From positions 89,528,001 to 89,592,000 of the forward strand of contig OX597823.1 in assembly GCA_951406725.2 (NCBI GenBank): a stretch of DNA of 64,000 nucleotides, read 5' to 3'. A program made the position numbers and the translations under genes. This document shows positions 62,694-64,000 of the stretch, piece after piece (the stretch's first letter is position 1; every line of letters starts with the position of its first letter). Below the pieces are notes generated by a model. It was given only the letters and a program-made list of their open reading frames with translations. It was not told the DNA's origin and did no database searches. The stretch is from Octopus vulgaris (Eukaryota).

Positions 62694-62861
62694 TGCATAC
62701 ACATGCCGCATGCACAAACACACACACATGTATGTATGGGTATATATATGTGTGTGTGTATATATATATATATATAGTTATTAGTAAGGGATCATCAATC
62801 CGGTAAAATATTTTACAAGTTCTCTGTTAGTATAGCAGGCTAACAATATCGTTTAGATGTT

Positions 62862-62940
62862 TTCAACTGATTAATGGGCCGATTGAGTAAGCCGATCAAT
62901 AACAAACCTATAATGACTACTGGAAACAGTTGTAAGTTAA
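62862..62940 (+). ncRNA. Degenerate hammerhead-like motif
   Basis: CTGATTA...GAAAC-agtt-GTA; the stem III design resembles the 38.9-kb motif, with substitutions. Confidence 0.4.
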
Positions 62941-63661
62941 ATTTACTGCATTAAAGAAATACATTATAACCATTATTTATGCCTTGTCTTGTATATCATC
63001 ATCACCATCGTTTAATGTCAGCTTTCCATGCTAGCATGGGTTGGATGATTTGACTGAGGACTGGCGAACCACATGGCTGCATCAGGCTCCAATCTGATCT
63101 GGCAAAGTTTCTACAGCTGGATGCCCTTCCTAATGCCAACCACTCTGAGAGTGTAGTGGGTGCTTTTACGTGTCACTAGCACAAGGGCCAGTCAAGCGGT
63201 ACTGGTAATGGCCATGCTCAAATGGTGTCTTGTACATGCCACCTGCACAGGAGCCAGTCCAGCGGCACTGGCAATGACCTCGCTCAAATTTTATTTTCAT
63301 GTGCCACCGGCACAAGTGCCAGTAAGGCAGCACTGGTAACGATAATACCTGAATTGTGCTTTTTACATGCCACTGGCACGAAAGCCTGTTAGCTGCTCTG
63401 GCAACGATCACGCTCGGATGGTGCTCTTAGCGCTCCACTAGCACGGATGCCAGTCGTCGAATTTGATTTCGATTTCGATTACATATGTATAGGTGCATGA
63501 GTAGCTGTGTGGTAAGTAGCTTGCTTACCAACCACATGGTTCCGGGTTCAGTCCCACTGTGTGGCACCTTGGGCAAAGTGTCTCCTACTATAGCCTTGGG
63601 CCGACTTAAGCCTTGTGAGTGGATTTGGTAGACAGAAACTGAAAGAAGCCTGTCGTGTCTA

Positions 63662-64000
63662 TCTATTATATAAAATCCATTCTGTGTGTGTCTTCTAGGA
63701 TCTAGGGCTTCCTCCATCCAATTGCGCTCAAATTTGATATGTAGATACCCACGGTATCAGGGCATGTATAAGTCTTGAAAAAATTACAAAAATCAATTCC
63801 AGGTGAGAATGCAATCGATAAAGCCGTGGGAACATATGATCGAGTACATCAGCTCTTGCATTTGATACTACGCGTACGTGAGAAAAATGCTTAAAGGCAC
63901 ATTTCTTTCCTGCCAAGCTTACAGTTTAAACCATGTTTATGTTCTCCCAGTCAACAGCCTTATCATTACTGATACTTTAAATTCTTCGGTTGCATATTTG
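63662..64000 (+). mobile_element. Probable 5' end of another Helitron, truncating a family A SINE and running off the window
   Basis: a|TCtattatataaaa..tgtgtgtgtct start resembles the other Helitron 5' ends here; the SINE sequence stops abruptly at ~63656. Confidence 0.6.

Overview
AT-rich, microsatellite-dense eukaryotic DNA; the SINE/LINE repertoire resembles octopus (coleoid cephalopod) repeats, which is an inference from recall and not a search. Only one convincing intact host CDS is present: an intronless 107-aa PLAC8/cornifelin-family gene (43300-43623, +) inside a local CpG-retaining patch. A second CpG-retaining domain (~10.3-17.2 kb) contains a consensus splice donor and may be the promoter/first exon of a long + strand gene whose introns would make up the rest of the window (weak exon candidates only). 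Everything else is layered transposon debris: Helitrons (two PIF1-helicase remnants, three copies of a non-autonomous family, one head-to-head pair), R4/Dong and RTE LINE fragments, Penelope-like elements with RT/GIY-YIG remnants, mariner/pogo fossils, MITEs, three SINE families and several long palindromes. Most notable: about six hammerhead-ribozyme-like motifs, some tied to Penelope-like debris (one in an inverted-pLTR structure next to a templated local duplication), a perfect 158-bp-arm palindrome with a duplicated centre, and a three-unit higher-order (TTA)n array. I did not find a clearly new multi-gene system. Coordinates of degenerate repeats are approximate; all translations and alignments were done by eye.
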